Below, in pieces: positions 34,851 to 44,590 of a DNA stretch of 64,000 nucleotides. The translations under genes and the position numbers were made by a program. Position 1 is the stretch's first letter. Every line of letters starts with the position of its first letter. Below the pieces are notes generated by a model. That model had not been told where the DNA came from and searched no databases. It worked only from the letters and a program-made list of their open reading frames with translations. This DNA is from Dehalococcoidia bacterium (GTDB lineage Bacteria > Chloroflexota > Dehalococcoidia > Lucifugimonadales > CATOSD01), in assembly GCA_965203135.1 (NCBI GenBank), contig CBDBBO010000001.1, positions 1,678,071 to 1,742,070 of the forward strand. The letters run 5' to 3'.

Positions 34851-36029
34851 ATGCTGCCTGACGTTATAACGGACTCCCACCTGTACAGCGCGCTGGCGGT
34901 GGTCGCCGTCTTCGTGGTGCTGCAGGTCGGCGCGCTGATCGCCAATCTCGTGCTCAAGGCGCTCATCCGGCGCGCGGAAGGACGGGCGCCAGGCGGATAC
35001 GCCGCGCAGGTGCTCTCCTCGATTCGCGGGCCGGTGGTGCTGGGGATGGTGGCGCTGGGGTTCTTCGCCGCGACCTTCGTGGTCGATCAGCTCGAACTGC
35101 CTCCGTTCACCGCGCTGGAGGGACTGACGACGTGGGTCACCAACTTCTGGCTCGTGGCGACCATATTGATGGTGACCTACGCCGCGGCCAAGGTAGTCGA
35201 GGTGGCGATAACGTGGTACGGCCACAACGTGATGAGCCGTACCGAGACCAACCTGGACGACAGGCTACTGGGGCCGCTGAGGCGTGTTGTTCCCTGGATC
35301 ATCTACGTGGTCGGGCTACTCGTTGCGCTGGACAGCATCGGCGTGTCCATAAGTCCACTGCTCGCCGGCCTGGGCATAGCCGGCCTGGCGGTCGCGTTGG
35401 CCATTCAGCCGACGTTGAACAATTTCCTCTCCGGCACGTACATAGTCGCGGAGGACATTTTCGAGGAGGGAGACTTCATCGAGTTGGAGAGCGGCTTTTC
35501 GGGCTTTGTGATAGACGTGGGTTGGCGTAGCACGAAGCTGCGCAGCTTCATGAACAACTTCGTGGTCATCCCGAACGCCAAGCTCGTGGACAGCATCATC
35601 ACGAACCTCAACCGGCCCCAGCCTCCGGTGAACGTGATCGTCTACTGCGGCGTGAGCTACGATGAGGACCTGGATGAGGTGGAGCGCATAGCCACAGAGG
35701 CGTCGGCGCATGTAATCCAAGAGTCCGAGCACGCCATCAAGACTGAGGCGCCCTTCTTCGGATTCGAGACGTTCGGAGAATCGAACGTCGTATTCTGGGT
35801 GTTCGTGCAGGCCACGGACCGCCTGGGCAGCTTCGTGTTGCAGCACGAGATCGTAAAGGGCCTGCACGCGCGATTCAGGCGTGAGGGCATAGTCATCAAC
35901 TACCCGGTGCGCAAGCTGGTATACTCGCCCGACGGCGCGGACCTTCCGCCGCGTGCGGCCTGGGCCGCCCGGGAGGCGGCGCGAGCCAGGGAGGAAGCGG
36001 GGCGGCCGCGACCGGAAAGCGAGGCGTAG
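34851..36029 (+). CDS. Mechanosensitive ion channel family protein (MscS-like)
   Basis: 'LLAGLGIAGLAVALAIQPTLNNFLSGTYIVAEDIFEEGDFIEL...GFVIDVGWRSTKLRSFMNNFVVIPNAKL' is the MscS TM3/beta-domain signature. Confidence 0.88.
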   Translation: MLPDVITDSHLYSALAVVAVFVVLQVGALIANLVLKALIRRAEGRAPGGYAAQVLSSIRGPVVLGMVALGFFAATFVVDQLELPPFTALEGLTTWVTNFWLVATILMVTYAAAKVVEVAITWYGHNVMSRTETNLDDRLLGPLRRVVPWIIYVVGLLVALDSIGVSISPLLAGLGIAGLAVALAIQPTLNNFLSGTYIVAEDIFEEGDFIELESGFSGFVIDVGWRSTKLRSFMNNFVVIPNAKLVDSIITNLNRPQPPVNVIVYCGVSYDEDLDEVERIATEASAHVIQESEHAIKTEAPFFGFETFGESNVVFWVFVQATDRLGSFVLQHEIVKGLHARFRREGIVINYPVRKLVYSPDGADLPPRAAWAAREAARAREEAGRPRPESEA

Positions 36030-36034
36030 CTGAC

Positions 36035-37266
36035 GTGGGCCAGGTGCTGTTCGACAACTGTACGCTGCTGGACACGCCTACGGGGCAGATGCTCGAGGGG
36101 CGTCGGGTCCTCGTGGTGGACGACCGGGTGGAGGAGGTGTCGGACTCGCCGATTTCGGCGCCCAATGCCAGGCGCATAGACGTTGGCGGCAGGACGCTGA
36201 TGCCCGGCATGATAGACGCGCACGTGCACTGCACCGCGGCGACCATGAACCTGGCGAACATGGCTTACATGCCCGCGACGCTAATGGCGCACGAGGCGGC
36301 CGCGATTCTGCGCGGCATGCTGGCGCGGGGATTCACCACGATACGTGACGCGGCGGGCGCGGACCGGGGCCTTGCGGCAGCCGTGGACAAGGGACTGGTG
36401 CACGGCCCGCGCATATATTACGCGGGTCGGGCGCTGAGCCAGACAGGGGGACACGGAGACCTCGCGTCCATCCCGGACGAGCCGGAGCTGTGCGCCTGCT
36501 CGATCAAGTCCACCTGGATGGCGCACGTGGTGGATGGAGTGGACGGGGTTCGCAGGGCCGCGCGCGAGGAGCTGCGCCGGGGGGCGCACGCCATCAAGAT
36601 CATGGCGTCGGGGGGCGTGGCCTCGCCGACAGACCCAGTCAGGAACACGCAGTACTCGCGCGAGGAGCTACGCGCCATCGTGGAGGAGACCGAGGCGTTC
36701 CACACCTACGCCTTCGCGCACGCTTACAGCGCGGAGGCCATCACCCGCGCGATCGAGGCGGGGGTGCGCACTATCGAGCACGGCAATCTCATCGACGACG
36801 ACGCGGCGCGACTGATGGCGCAGCGCGGCGCGTTCATCGTGCCCACGCTGGTCACGTACCACACCATCAGTGAGTTCGGCCCTCTTTTGGCTTCCCGGAG
36901 GTCAGCCTGCGCAAGACCGACGAGGTGCTGGACATAGGTCTGGCCTCTCTGGAGATATGCAAGCGTGCGGGCGTGAGCATGGGGTTCGGCACCGACCTCC
37001 TGGGCGAGATGCACCCGCACCAGTCGCGGGAGTTCCTGATACGCTCGGAGGTGTTCAGTCCCTGGGAGATCATCCGGGACGCGACCGTCACCAACGCCCG
37101 CATCCTGCGCATGGAGGGGCAGCTCGGCGTGGTGGCGCCCGGCGCGCTCGCCGACGTGCTGATCGTCGACGGCGACCCCACGCGCGATCTGGGCGTGCTC
37201 CAGGGCCAGGGGGAGCACATACCCTTCGTGATGAAGGCGGGCGAGATCCTCATCGACAGGCTGTAG
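36035..37266 (+). pseudogene. Amidohydrolase-family metal hydrolase with a frameshift near 36878-36890 (real pseudogene or assembly error)
   Basis: The N-terminal part (36035..36870) contains 'LMPGMIDAHVHC' and 'KIMASGGV'. The protein continues in the -1 frame as '...FGFPEVSLRKTDEVLDIGLASLEICKRAGVSMGFGTDLLG...VDGDP' to 37266. The break lies at a C/T homopolymer patch 'ggccctcttttgg'. Confidence 0.75.
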
Positions 37267-37298
37267 ACGAGCCAGTAAGGGCTTAGCAAGGAGGACCC

Positions 37299-38672
37299 AT
37301 GGTCCAGGTCAAAGGTATGCAGGCCGCCGTCAGCCTGATGCACGGCGGATTCAGCGGCCCCAATCGCGCAGCGGAGGAGGCGCTGGACATGGCGCCGGAC
37401 TTCCTGGCCGCGGACGCGGGCAGCACGGACGCCGGGCCGGCGTTCTTGGGCGGTGAGCGCGGCATGACGCACCGCGGCGGCATCAAGGCATCGATGGAGT
37501 ACATACTGCCGCAGGCCGTGGGGCGCAGCATACCCTTCATCATCGGCTCGGCGGGACTGGGCGGCAACCGGACGACGGTGGCCCATTTCCGCGAGATCAT
37601 CGAAGAGGTGGCGCGTGAGAAGGGTCTGAACTTCCGGCTGGCGGTCATCAATTCCGAGCAGGACAAGGACTACCTTCGAGAGAGGCTGCGCGCCGGCAAA
37701 ATCAAACCGCTGGCGCCGTCCGAGCCGCTGACCGAGGACGCGATAGACCGGGCGACGCACGTGGTGGGCATGATGGGCACGGAGCCTGTCGAGGAGGCGA
37801 TCAGGCGGGGCGCCGACGTGGTGCTGTGCGGGCGGATAAGTGACTCGGCCATGTTCGCGGCGGTGCCGATCATGCGGGGCGTGCCGCCGGAGCAGGCGTG
37901 GCACATGGCCAAGGTGATCGACCACTCCGGCACCAACATCGAGCCGACCAGGGGCGTGAGCACTCACGTAATCGGCATCGCGTCCGACGATCACTTCATC
38001 ATCAAGGCCACCGACCCGAACGGCAGGGTGAGCGCGCACAGGGCCGCGCACGCGACCACCTACGAGAACAACAGCCCCAACTACCTGCTGGAGCCGCCGG
38101 GTATGCTCGACATCTCCGACTCCCAGTACGAGCAGTTGGATCCGCGCACCATCAAGGTGACCGGCAGCCGGTTCGTGGAGCGACCCTACACCATCAAGCT
38201 GGAGGGCGCGGAGCGAATCGGATACCGCACCATCACGCTGGGCGGCACGCGCGACCCCGTGCTCATAAGTGTGCTGGACGAGTTCCTGGAGATCTGCAAG
38301 CGGCGCACAATCGACCACGCCTCTGCGCAGGGCATAGGCGAGGACGACTTCAAGCTGCTGTTCCGCGTGTACGGGCGCAACGAGGTGATGCGCGAGTGGG
38401 ACCCTGAACAGGACTTCGTGCCCAAGGAGGTCGGCATCGTGGCCGACTGCGTGGCCGAGACCCAGGAGACGGCGAACGCGATAATGAACATGTGCCACGC
38501 CCAGCTTCTGCACTACAACTACCCGGGCCGAATCCACACGACGGGCAATTTCGCGTTCCCCTACTCGCCCTCCGACATCGAGTGCGGTCCGGTCTTCAGG
38601 TTCAGCGTGTGGCATCTGCTGGAGCCGGACGACCCGTTGGAGTGCTGCGAAATCGAGATTGTGGACCTATAG
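37299..38672 (+). CDS. AtuA-family (DUF1446) protein
   Basis: Length and motifs ('FLAADAGSTDAGPAFLG', 'VVLCGRISDSAMF') fit the family. It is followed by its usual DUF4387 partner. Confidence 0.78.
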   Translation: MVQVKGMQAAVSLMHGGFSGPNRAAEEALDMAPDFLAADAGSTDAGPAFLGGERGMTHRGGIKASMEYILPQAVGRSIPFIIGSAGLGGNRTTVAHFREIIEEVAREKGLNFRLAVINSEQDKDYLRERLRAGKIKPLAPSEPLTEDAIDRATHVVGMMGTEPVEEAIRRGADVVLCGRISDSAMFAAVPIMRGVPPEQAWHMAKVIDHSGTNIEPTRGVSTHVIGIASDDHFIIKATDPNGRVSAHRAAHATTYENNSPNYLLEPPGMLDISDSQYEQLDPRTIKVTGSRFVERPYTIKLEGAERIGYRTITLGGTRDPVLISVLDEFLEICKRRTIDHASAQGIGEDDFKLLFRVYGRNEVMREWDPEQDFVPKEVGIVADCVAETQETANAIMNMCHAQLLHYNYPGRIHTTGNFAFPYSPSDIECGPVFRFSVWHLLEPDDPLECCEIEIVDL

Positions 38673-38684
38673 GAGGCTGAGCGC

Positions 38685-39002
38685 ATGGCAAAGCTCAAGG
38701 ACCTCGCGTACGTCATCCGAAGCAAGAACGCCGGGCCGTTCGAGGTCACGCTCGACATACTGTTCGAGAACGAGACGATATACCGGCGCGTCCGCGACAC
38801 GGGCGCGATAGACGTAGGGCTGTTCGCGCGGCTGTACGGCATACCGGAGTCGCAGTGCAACTTCATCGCGTTCGACAAGGGGTGGTCGTTCAAGTGCACG
38901 CTTGTGCGGCCGATAGCGGCGGGCGAGTTCGAGGACATGGACGTCTACGGCTGCCAGCAGTACGCGGGCCTGCTCGAGGTGGAAGTGCCGCTGGAGGAGT
39001 AG
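38685..39002 (+). CDS. DUF4387 domain protein (AtuA partner)
   Basis: 'LAYVIRSKNAGPFEVTLDILFENETIYRRV' is a typical DUF4387 N-terminus. It is adjacent to the AtuA-like gene. Confidence 0.75.
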   Translation: MAKLKDLAYVIRSKNAGPFEVTLDILFENETIYRRVRDTGAIDVGLFARLYGIPESQCNFIAFDKGWSFKCTLVRPIAAGEFEDMDVYGCQQYAGLLEVEVPLEE

Positions 39003-39006
39003 GCGG

Positions 39007-40416
39007 TTGCGAGGCGGCAGCGTGCCTGCCACGATCGTCAACGACGTCCACTCGCGACTGAACGAGACGGCGGTCTCCGAGGTCGTGCGGCCCCGGTCCG
39101 TTGCCGATGTGCGGGACGCGGTGCGGCGGGTGCGGGACAGGCGCGGCCGGCTGGCGATTGCCGGCGGCCGACACTCCATGGGTGGGCAGCAGTTTCTGAG
39201 CGGAGGGACGCTGCTCGACGTGCGCTCGATGAATCGGGTGCTGGGCCTGGACTCCGAGCGCGGTATCGTGGACGTGGAGGCGGGCGCGCTGTGGTCGGAC
39301 CTGGTGCCGGAATTGCGCGCGATGCAATCCCGCGACGGGCCGGGCTGGAGCACCGTGCAGAAGCAGACGGGCGCGGACCGCCTGAGCCTGGGCGGGGCGC
39401 TCGCCGCGAACGGCCATGGGCGCGGCCTGACCTTTCGGCCCATCGTGCAGGACGTGGAGTCGTTCACGCTCGTCGACTGCGACGGGGAATTGCGGGAGTG
39501 CAGCCGGTCGGAGAACTCCGAGTTGTTCCGGGCGGCCATTGGGGGATACGGGCTGTTCGGCGTCATCACATCGGTGCGGCTGCGGCTTCAGCCGCGGCAC
39601 CGGCTGGAGCGTGTGGTCGAGGTCTTCGACGTGGAAGGGCTGCCCGACGCCTTTCGCTCGCGCATCGACGAGGGGTTCACCTACGGGGACTTCCAGTACA
39701 TGACGGACGAGTCGTCCGCGGACTTCCTGCGCAAGGGTGTCTTTTCGTGCTACCGACCCACCGATGCGGCGCGCGCGAGCGACGCCGGGTCGAAAGTGGC
39801 ACTCTCCGACGAGGACTGGACGAAACTCATCCACCTGGCCCACGTCGATAAGGCGAGGGCTTTCGAGGAGTACGCCGGTTTCTACATGGCCACGAGCGGC
39901 CAGACATACGACAGCGACGACTTCCAGATGAGCACGTACATCGACGGCTACCACGCCGTCCTAGACGCCGCGACCGGCTCCGCGAGTCCCGGCTCGGAGA
40001 CTATCACGGAACTGTACGTGCCCCCTGAGGCGCTCGTCGGCTTCATGGGTGCCGCCAGGCAGGTGCTGCTGGCCCATGGCTCGAACGTCATATACGGCAC
40101 TATCCGTATCATCGAGCCCGACGAAGAAACGCTGCTGGCCTGGGCCTCGCGCCGGTATGCGTGCATCGTCTTCAACCTGCACGTCGAACACACGCCGCGC
40201 GGCGTAGAGGGCGTGGCGAACGCGCTGAGGGGCTTGATCGATGTCGCGCTGTCGTTCGGCGGGAGCTACTTCCTGACCTACAACCGCTTCGCCAGCAGGG
40301 ACCAGCTTCTGCGTGCGTATCCTACGTTCCCCCAGTTCGTCGGTGAGAAGCGCAGAAGCGACCCGGAAGGCGTGTTTTCCAGCGACTGGTTCGAGCACTA
40401 CGTCGATGCCGTCTGA
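39007..40416 (+). CDS. FAD-binding oxidoreductase (FAD_binding_4 / PCMH type)
   Basis: 'VRPRSVADVRDAVRRVRDRRGRLAIAGGRHSMGGQQF' and 'GGYGLFGVITSVRLRL' are present. The start is uncertain (TTG 39007 or GTG 39022). Confidence 0.8.
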   Translation: MRGGSVPATIVNDVHSRLNETAVSEVVRPRSVADVRDAVRRVRDRRGRLAIAGGRHSMGGQQFLSGGTLLDVRSMNRVLGLDSERGIVDVEAGALWSDLVPELRAMQSRDGPGWSTVQKQTGADRLSLGGALAANGHGRGLTFRPIVQDVESFTLVDCDGELRECSRSENSELFRAAIGGYGLFGVITSVRLRLQPRHRLERVVEVFDVEGLPDAFRSRIDEGFTYGDFQYMTDESSADFLRKGVFSCYRPTDAARASDAGSKVALSDEDWTKLIHLAHVDKARAFEEYAGFYMATSGQTYDSDDFQMSTYIDGYHAVLDAATGSASPGSETITELYVPPEALVGFMGAARQVLLAHGSNVIYGTIRIIEPDEETLLAWASRRYACIVFNLHVEHTPRGVEGVANALRGLIDVALSFGGSYFLTYNRFASRDQLLRAYPTFPQFVGEKRRSDPEGVFSSDWFEHYVDAV

Positions 40417-42855
40417 ATGAGGCTGCCCCTGCTGTCCGCGGCTTTCGCTGCGGGCGTACTGATCGGGGCGCGCTGGGATGCCGCTCCGGCAGCGCTGGTC
40501 CTGTTCGCGCTCGCGGCGGTGCTGGCGACCGCGCTGCTCGCCTCCGCCCGCCGATCCGTTCTGCCCGGACTGGTGGCGCTCGCGCTGGTCGTGGGCGCGC
40601 TGCGGGCCGATGCCGCCGCTCCGGCCGCCGCCGACGCACTCACGCCGTACCAGGGCGCGGGCACACTGCTGGTGCGCGGCACGGTGGAGAGCGCGCCGGA
40701 GCCGGCGGGGGCGCACACCCGCCTGAGGTTTCGCGTCGACGGCGTGGACGGCGGCGGCTGGGCGGCGGTCGACGCGGCCGCGCTGGTTACGCTGCGCGAG
40801 TCTCAACGCATCGTGGAACTGCGGGACAGGCCCTACTTCCGGTACGGCGACAGGCTGCTGCTGGAAGGCGAACTGGAGGCGCCCCAGCCGTTCGAGGACT
40901 TCGACTATCCCGCCTACCTGGCGCGGCAGGGTATTCGCACCGTCATGCTCTTCCCTCGCGCGGAGCTGATTGGAGAGGGGGAAGGCTCGCCGTTCTACCG
41001 GGCGCTCCACGCCGTGCGCTGGCGGCTGGCGCGCTCGCTCGCGGCATCCGTCCCCGAGCCGCAGGCCGCCATGGGGCAGGCGCTGCTGTTGGGAATGCGC
41101 GACGGGCTGCCGGACGACCTCGTGGAGGATTTCCGCGCGACCGGGACGGCCCACGTGCTGGCCATATCGGGGCTGCACGTGGGAGTTCTGCTCGGCATCG
41201 GAATGTCGGCGGCGGCGTGGCTGTTCGGACGCCGCCACCGGCTATACTTGGTGGCGCCGTTCGCGCTGGTGTGGATGTACGCGCTGCTGGCCGGAGGGTC
41301 GCCCTCGGTGATAAGGGCGGCCACCATGGGCAGCGTGTTCCTGGCCGCGCGTGTGCTGGGCCGGCCCGGCACGGTGATGCCGGCGCTGGGACTTGCAGCG
41401 GCGGTGATGGTCGCGCTCAGCCCCGGCGTTCTCTGGAGTGTCTCGTTCCAGCTCAGCTTTGCCGCCGTGGCCGGAATCGCGCTGCTCAGGCCGCGGCTGG
41501 GGGAGTGGACGCTGGGTGGGCGGGACGAGCGAGGCGAGTCCGGCGGGGCGCTGGCGTGGCTCGCGGACGCGGTGGCCGTGTCGGTCGCTGCCACGCTCGC
41601 CACGCTGCCGCTCATCGCATTCTACTTCGAGCGCGTGTCGCTGGTGGGCATACTGGCGACGCCGCTGGTGCTTCCGGCGCTGCCGCTGGCGCTGGTGCTG
41701 TACGCGATGACTGCCGCGGTGGGGCTGGTCGTGGCGCTGCCCGCGCAGGTCGTGGGATTGCTGTCGTGGGTCGTCGGCGGCTACGTCTCCCTGGTGGTGG
41801 GACTGTTCGCGCGGCTGCCCGCGGCCTCGGTGGAGGTGGGCCGCGTCGCGCCCTACCTGGTGTGGGGTTACTACGGCGTGTTGACGCTGCTCGTCTCGCG
41901 TCGCGCGCTCGGACGGACGCTTGGGCACCTGGCGGGGTGGTTGCGCGCCGTTGCCGCGACCGTGCCCGGCGGCATGAGTCCCCTCGGCGGCGTGCGCGTG
42001 CCGTGGTGGGTTAGCGGACTCGCGCTGTCGGTCGCCGCGCTGGTGTGGGCACTGGTGCTGCTGCGGCCCGGCGACGGGCTGGAGGTGGTGTTTCTGGACG
42101 TGGGACAGGGCGACGCGGCGTTCATCTCCACGCCGGCCGGTCGCCAGATTGTGGTGGACGGCGGACCGGGCCGGCTGGACATGGTGCGCTTTCTGGGCGA
42201 GCACATGCCGCCGGGCGACCGGACGCTGGACCTTGTGGTGCTGACGCACCCGCACGCCGACCACCTGACCGGCCTGCTGGAGACGATGGAGCGGTACGAG
42301 GTCGGCGCGGTGCTGGAGCGTCGGGTCGACTACGATGGCCCAGGTTACGCCGCGTGGCGGGAACTGGTGGAGGCGGAGGGCGCGCTGGTGGTGGATGCGG
42401 TCCCCGGCCAGCGAATCGAGATGGGCGACGGCGCGGTCGTGCAGGTGCTGGGGCCGCCGTCGCGACTGCTGGTCGGCACCGAGTCCGACGTGGACAACGC
42501 CTCGGTGGTGGTGAGGATAGGCTACGGGGAGGTTAGCTTTCTGCTAACGGGCGACATGTTCAGAGAGGCCGAGGCTGCGTTAGTGTCCAGCGGCCAGCAC
42601 GTGCAGAGCGACGTCCTGAAGGTGGGCCACCACGGGAGCCGCACCTCGTCGTCGTGGGCGTTCCTGGACGCGGTGCGGCCCGCCGTGGCGGTCATCTCGG
42701 CCGGCGCGGACAATCAGTTCGGGCACCCTCACCCGGAGACGCTGGGGGCGCTGGGCCGCCACGTCGGCCCCGGCATGGTGCTGACGACGTTCGAGCGCGG
42801 AGACGTGCGGTTCGTGACGGACGGGGAGGAGCTGTACGTGTCGACGGAGCGGTGA
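40417..42855 (+). CDS. comEC: ComEC/Rec2 DNA internalisation protein with a C-terminal metallo-beta-lactamase domain
   Basis: A polytopic competence domain is present ('FRATGTAHVLAISGLHVG', 'SFQLSFAAVAGI'). The MBL motifs are 'VVFLDVGQGDA', 'LVVLTHPHADH' and 'LKVGHHGS'. Confidence 0.9.
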   Translation: MRLPLLSAAFAAGVLIGARWDAAPAALVLFALAAVLATALLASARRSVLPGLVALALVVGALRADAAAPAAADALTPYQGAGTLLVRGTVESAPEPAGAHTRLRFRVDGVDGGGWAAVDAAALVTLRESQRIVELRDRPYFRYGDRLLLEGELEAPQPFEDFDYPAYLARQGIRTVMLFPRAELIGEGEGSPFYRALHAVRWRLARSLAASVPEPQAAMGQALLLGMRDGLPDDLVEDFRATGTAHVLAISGLHVGVLLGIGMSAAAWLFGRRHRLYLVAPFALVWMYALLAGGSPSVIRAATMGSVFLAARVLGRPGTVMPALGLAAAVMVALSPGVLWSVSFQLSFAAVAGIALLRPRLGEWTLGGRDERGESGGALAWLADAVAVSVAATLATLPLIAFYFERVSLVGILATPLVLPALPLALVLYAMTAAVGLVVALPAQVVGLLSWVVGGYVSLVVGLFARLPAASVEVGRVAPYLVWGYYGVLTLLVSRRALGRTLGHLAGWLRAVAATVPGGMSPLGGVRVPWWVSGLALSVAALVWALVLLRPGDGLEVVFLDVGQGDAAFISTPAGRQIVVDGGPGRLDMVRFLGEHMPPGDRTLDLVVLTHPHADHLTGLLETMERYEVGAVLERRVDYDGPGYAAWRELVEAEGALVVDAVPGQRIEMGDGAVVQVLGPPSRLLVGTESDVDNASVVVRIGYGEVSFLLTGDMFREAEAALVSSGQHVQSDVLKVGHHGSRTSSSWAFLDAVRPAVAVISAGADNQFGHPHPETLGALGRHVGPGMVLTTFERGDVRFVTDGEELYVSTER

Positions 42856-42942
42856 TGGGGGTGTGGGGTGACAGGCGCATTGATGTATTTCTGTATTTGC
42901 GCTATTCTGGCTCCAGGCAATCTAAAGGAGAGGGGATCACCT

Positions 42943-43221
42943 ATGAAGGCGCAGAAGAAGCGACTTACCCTGGATCTCGACGCACCGGTGCAACGGCGGT
43001 TGAAAGCGGTGGCCGCGCTCAAAGGCGTAAGCATGAGGTTGTACTGCCAGGCGGCGATAGAACAGGAGTTGGCTAAGGACGAGACGAGTGGCCTGCTCTC
43101 GGGCAGGTTCTCGTTCGCGAAGTTGGAGGCGAGTCGAAACGAGATCGTCGGGGATAGAGAATTCAAGGGAGACTCGGTCGAGTTCATTCGACAAGCCCGT
43201 GAGTCCAGACGCATACTGTGA
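42943..43221 (+). CDS. Ribbon-helix-helix (CopG/VapB-like) antitoxin
   Basis: 'KKRLTLDLDAPVQRRLKAVAALKGVSMRLYCQAAIEQEL' is an RHH pattern. AAGGAGAGGGG lies upstream of ATG 42943. There is a 4-nt overlap with the PIN gene. Confidence 0.72.
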   Translation: MKAQKKRLTLDLDAPVQRRLKAVAALKGVSMRLYCQAAIEQELAKDETSGLLSGRFSFAKLEASRNEIVGDREFKGDSVEFIRQARESRRIL

Positions 43222-43661
43222 ACGGCTGTGTTGTGGTGGACGCGAGCGTTGTCGTGAAGTGGCTTGTAAGAGAAGAGCGCTCTGATGAAGCTCGAGAGAT
43301 GGCCCGCTCGTGGCAAGGCGAGGGGGTTCGCATAGCCGCGCCCTGCTACATGCCGGTGGAAGTGACCAACGCACTTCACAGACGAGTCGTCGGGAATGAA
43401 ATGAGCGTAGAGGAGGCGGTCGCTCTTGTCAGTGCGCTATTGGCGTCCGGGATAGAACTGCACGACTCACCTGACGTTCATAGCAGGGCCCTTGAATTGG
43501 CAAGTCTGCTGAGACAGGGTGCGGCCTACGACGTCCACTACCTGGCTCTTGCGGAATCTCTAGGTTGTGAACTCTGGACCGCCGACGAGCGGTTCTACCG
43601 CGCGGTAACCGCGGCCGCTCGCGCCGTGCGCTGGATTGGAGAACGGGCCACGCCCGGTTAG
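43218..43661 (+). CDS. vapC: PIN-domain toxin (VapC family)
   Basis: 'VVVDASVVVKW' contains the first acidic residue, with further conserved acidic positions ('...AYDVHYLALAESLGCELWTADERF'). GTG start overlaps the antitoxin stop. Confidence 0.85.
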   Translation: MNGCVVVDASVVVKWLVREERSDEAREMARSWQGEGVRIAAPCYMPVEVTNALHRRVVGNEMSVEEAVALVSALLASGIELHDSPDVHSRALELASLLRQGAAYDVHYLALAESLGCELWTADERFYRAVTAAARAVRWIGERATPG

Positions 43662-43750
43662 CGCCGCGCCTTGACGCATCTCGCAAGCGCCCTGTAATCT
43701 TCAGGGTATTCGCACGTGTTCTGACAATCGTCCTGAGGAGGGCTCCCGCG

Positions 43751-44536
43751 ATGCCGCGCTTGGCCGCAAACCTGTCCATGCTGTTCACCGAGGTCGACTT
43801 TCTGGACCGCTTTGAGGCCGCCGCGAGCGCGGGCTTTCGGGGCGTCGAGTTCCAGTCGCCCTACGAGTACGACAAGAACGACATCGCCGACAGGCTGCGC
43901 GAGCACGGGCTGACGCTCGCGCTCCACAACATGCCCGCCGGCGACTGGAACGCTGGGGACAGGGGCATCGCCTGCCTGCCGGACCGGGTGGACGAGTTCC
44001 GGGAGAGCGTGGCGCTGGCCGCCGAGTACGCCTCCACGCTGGGATGCGAGCGCGTGAACTGCCTGGCGGGCATAGCGCCGCCCGACGCGCCGGAAGAGGC
44101 GCTCCGCGAGACGTTCGTGGCGAACCTGCGCTTCGCAGCCGAAAGGATGGCCGAGGTCGGGGTGCTGGTGATCACCGAGCCTATCAACAACGCCGTCGAC
44201 ATACCGGGATTCTTCCTCAACTACTCGGCGCAGGCGCGCTCCATAATCGAGGAGGTCGGCTCCGACAATCTCGCTCTCCAGCACGACGTCTACCACATGC
44301 AGATCATGGAGGGCGACCTGGCGCGGGGCATCCAGGCGAACCTGGACATCATCCGCCACGTTCAGATAGCGGACAACCCCGGTCGAAACGAGCCGGGCAC
44401 CGGCGAGATCAACTACCCGTTCATTCTCAGCCTGCTCGACGAGGTGGGCTACGCCGGCTGGGTAGGCTGCGAGTACCGGCCACTGGCCTCGACGAGCGAG
44501 GGCCTGGGCTGGGCCGCGCCGTATCTCGGGAAGTAG
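43751..44536 (+). CDS. hyi: Hydroxypyruvate isomerase family protein (xylose-isomerase-like TIM barrel)
   Basis: 'LAANLSMLFTEVDFLDRFEAAASAGFRGVEF', 'HNMPAGDW' and 'HVQIADNPGRNEPGTGEINY' are characteristic. Confidence 0.88.
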   Translation: MPRLAANLSMLFTEVDFLDRFEAAASAGFRGVEFQSPYEYDKNDIADRLREHGLTLALHNMPAGDWNAGDRGIACLPDRVDEFRESVALAAEYASTLGCERVNCLAGIAPPDAPEEALRETFVANLRFAAERMAEVGVLVITEPINNAVDIPGFFLNYSAQARSIIEEVGSDNLALQHDVYHMQIMEGDLARGIQANLDIIRHVQIADNPGRNEPGTGEINYPFILSLLDEVGYAGWVGCEYRPLASTSEGLGWAAPYLGK

Positions 44537-44590
44537 CCGGTTTCCCAACAGGGGAGCAGTGGACATAGCGCAGACCGACAGGAGCGTCGA

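Noticed and set aside
36871-36925. Programmed -1 ribosomal frameshift in the amidohydrolase gene
   Set aside because: The switch region (ggc cct ctt ttg g) is not a canonical X_XXY_YYZ slippery heptamer in the zero frame. I saw no obvious downstream stimulatory structure. A simple 1-nt indel explains it.
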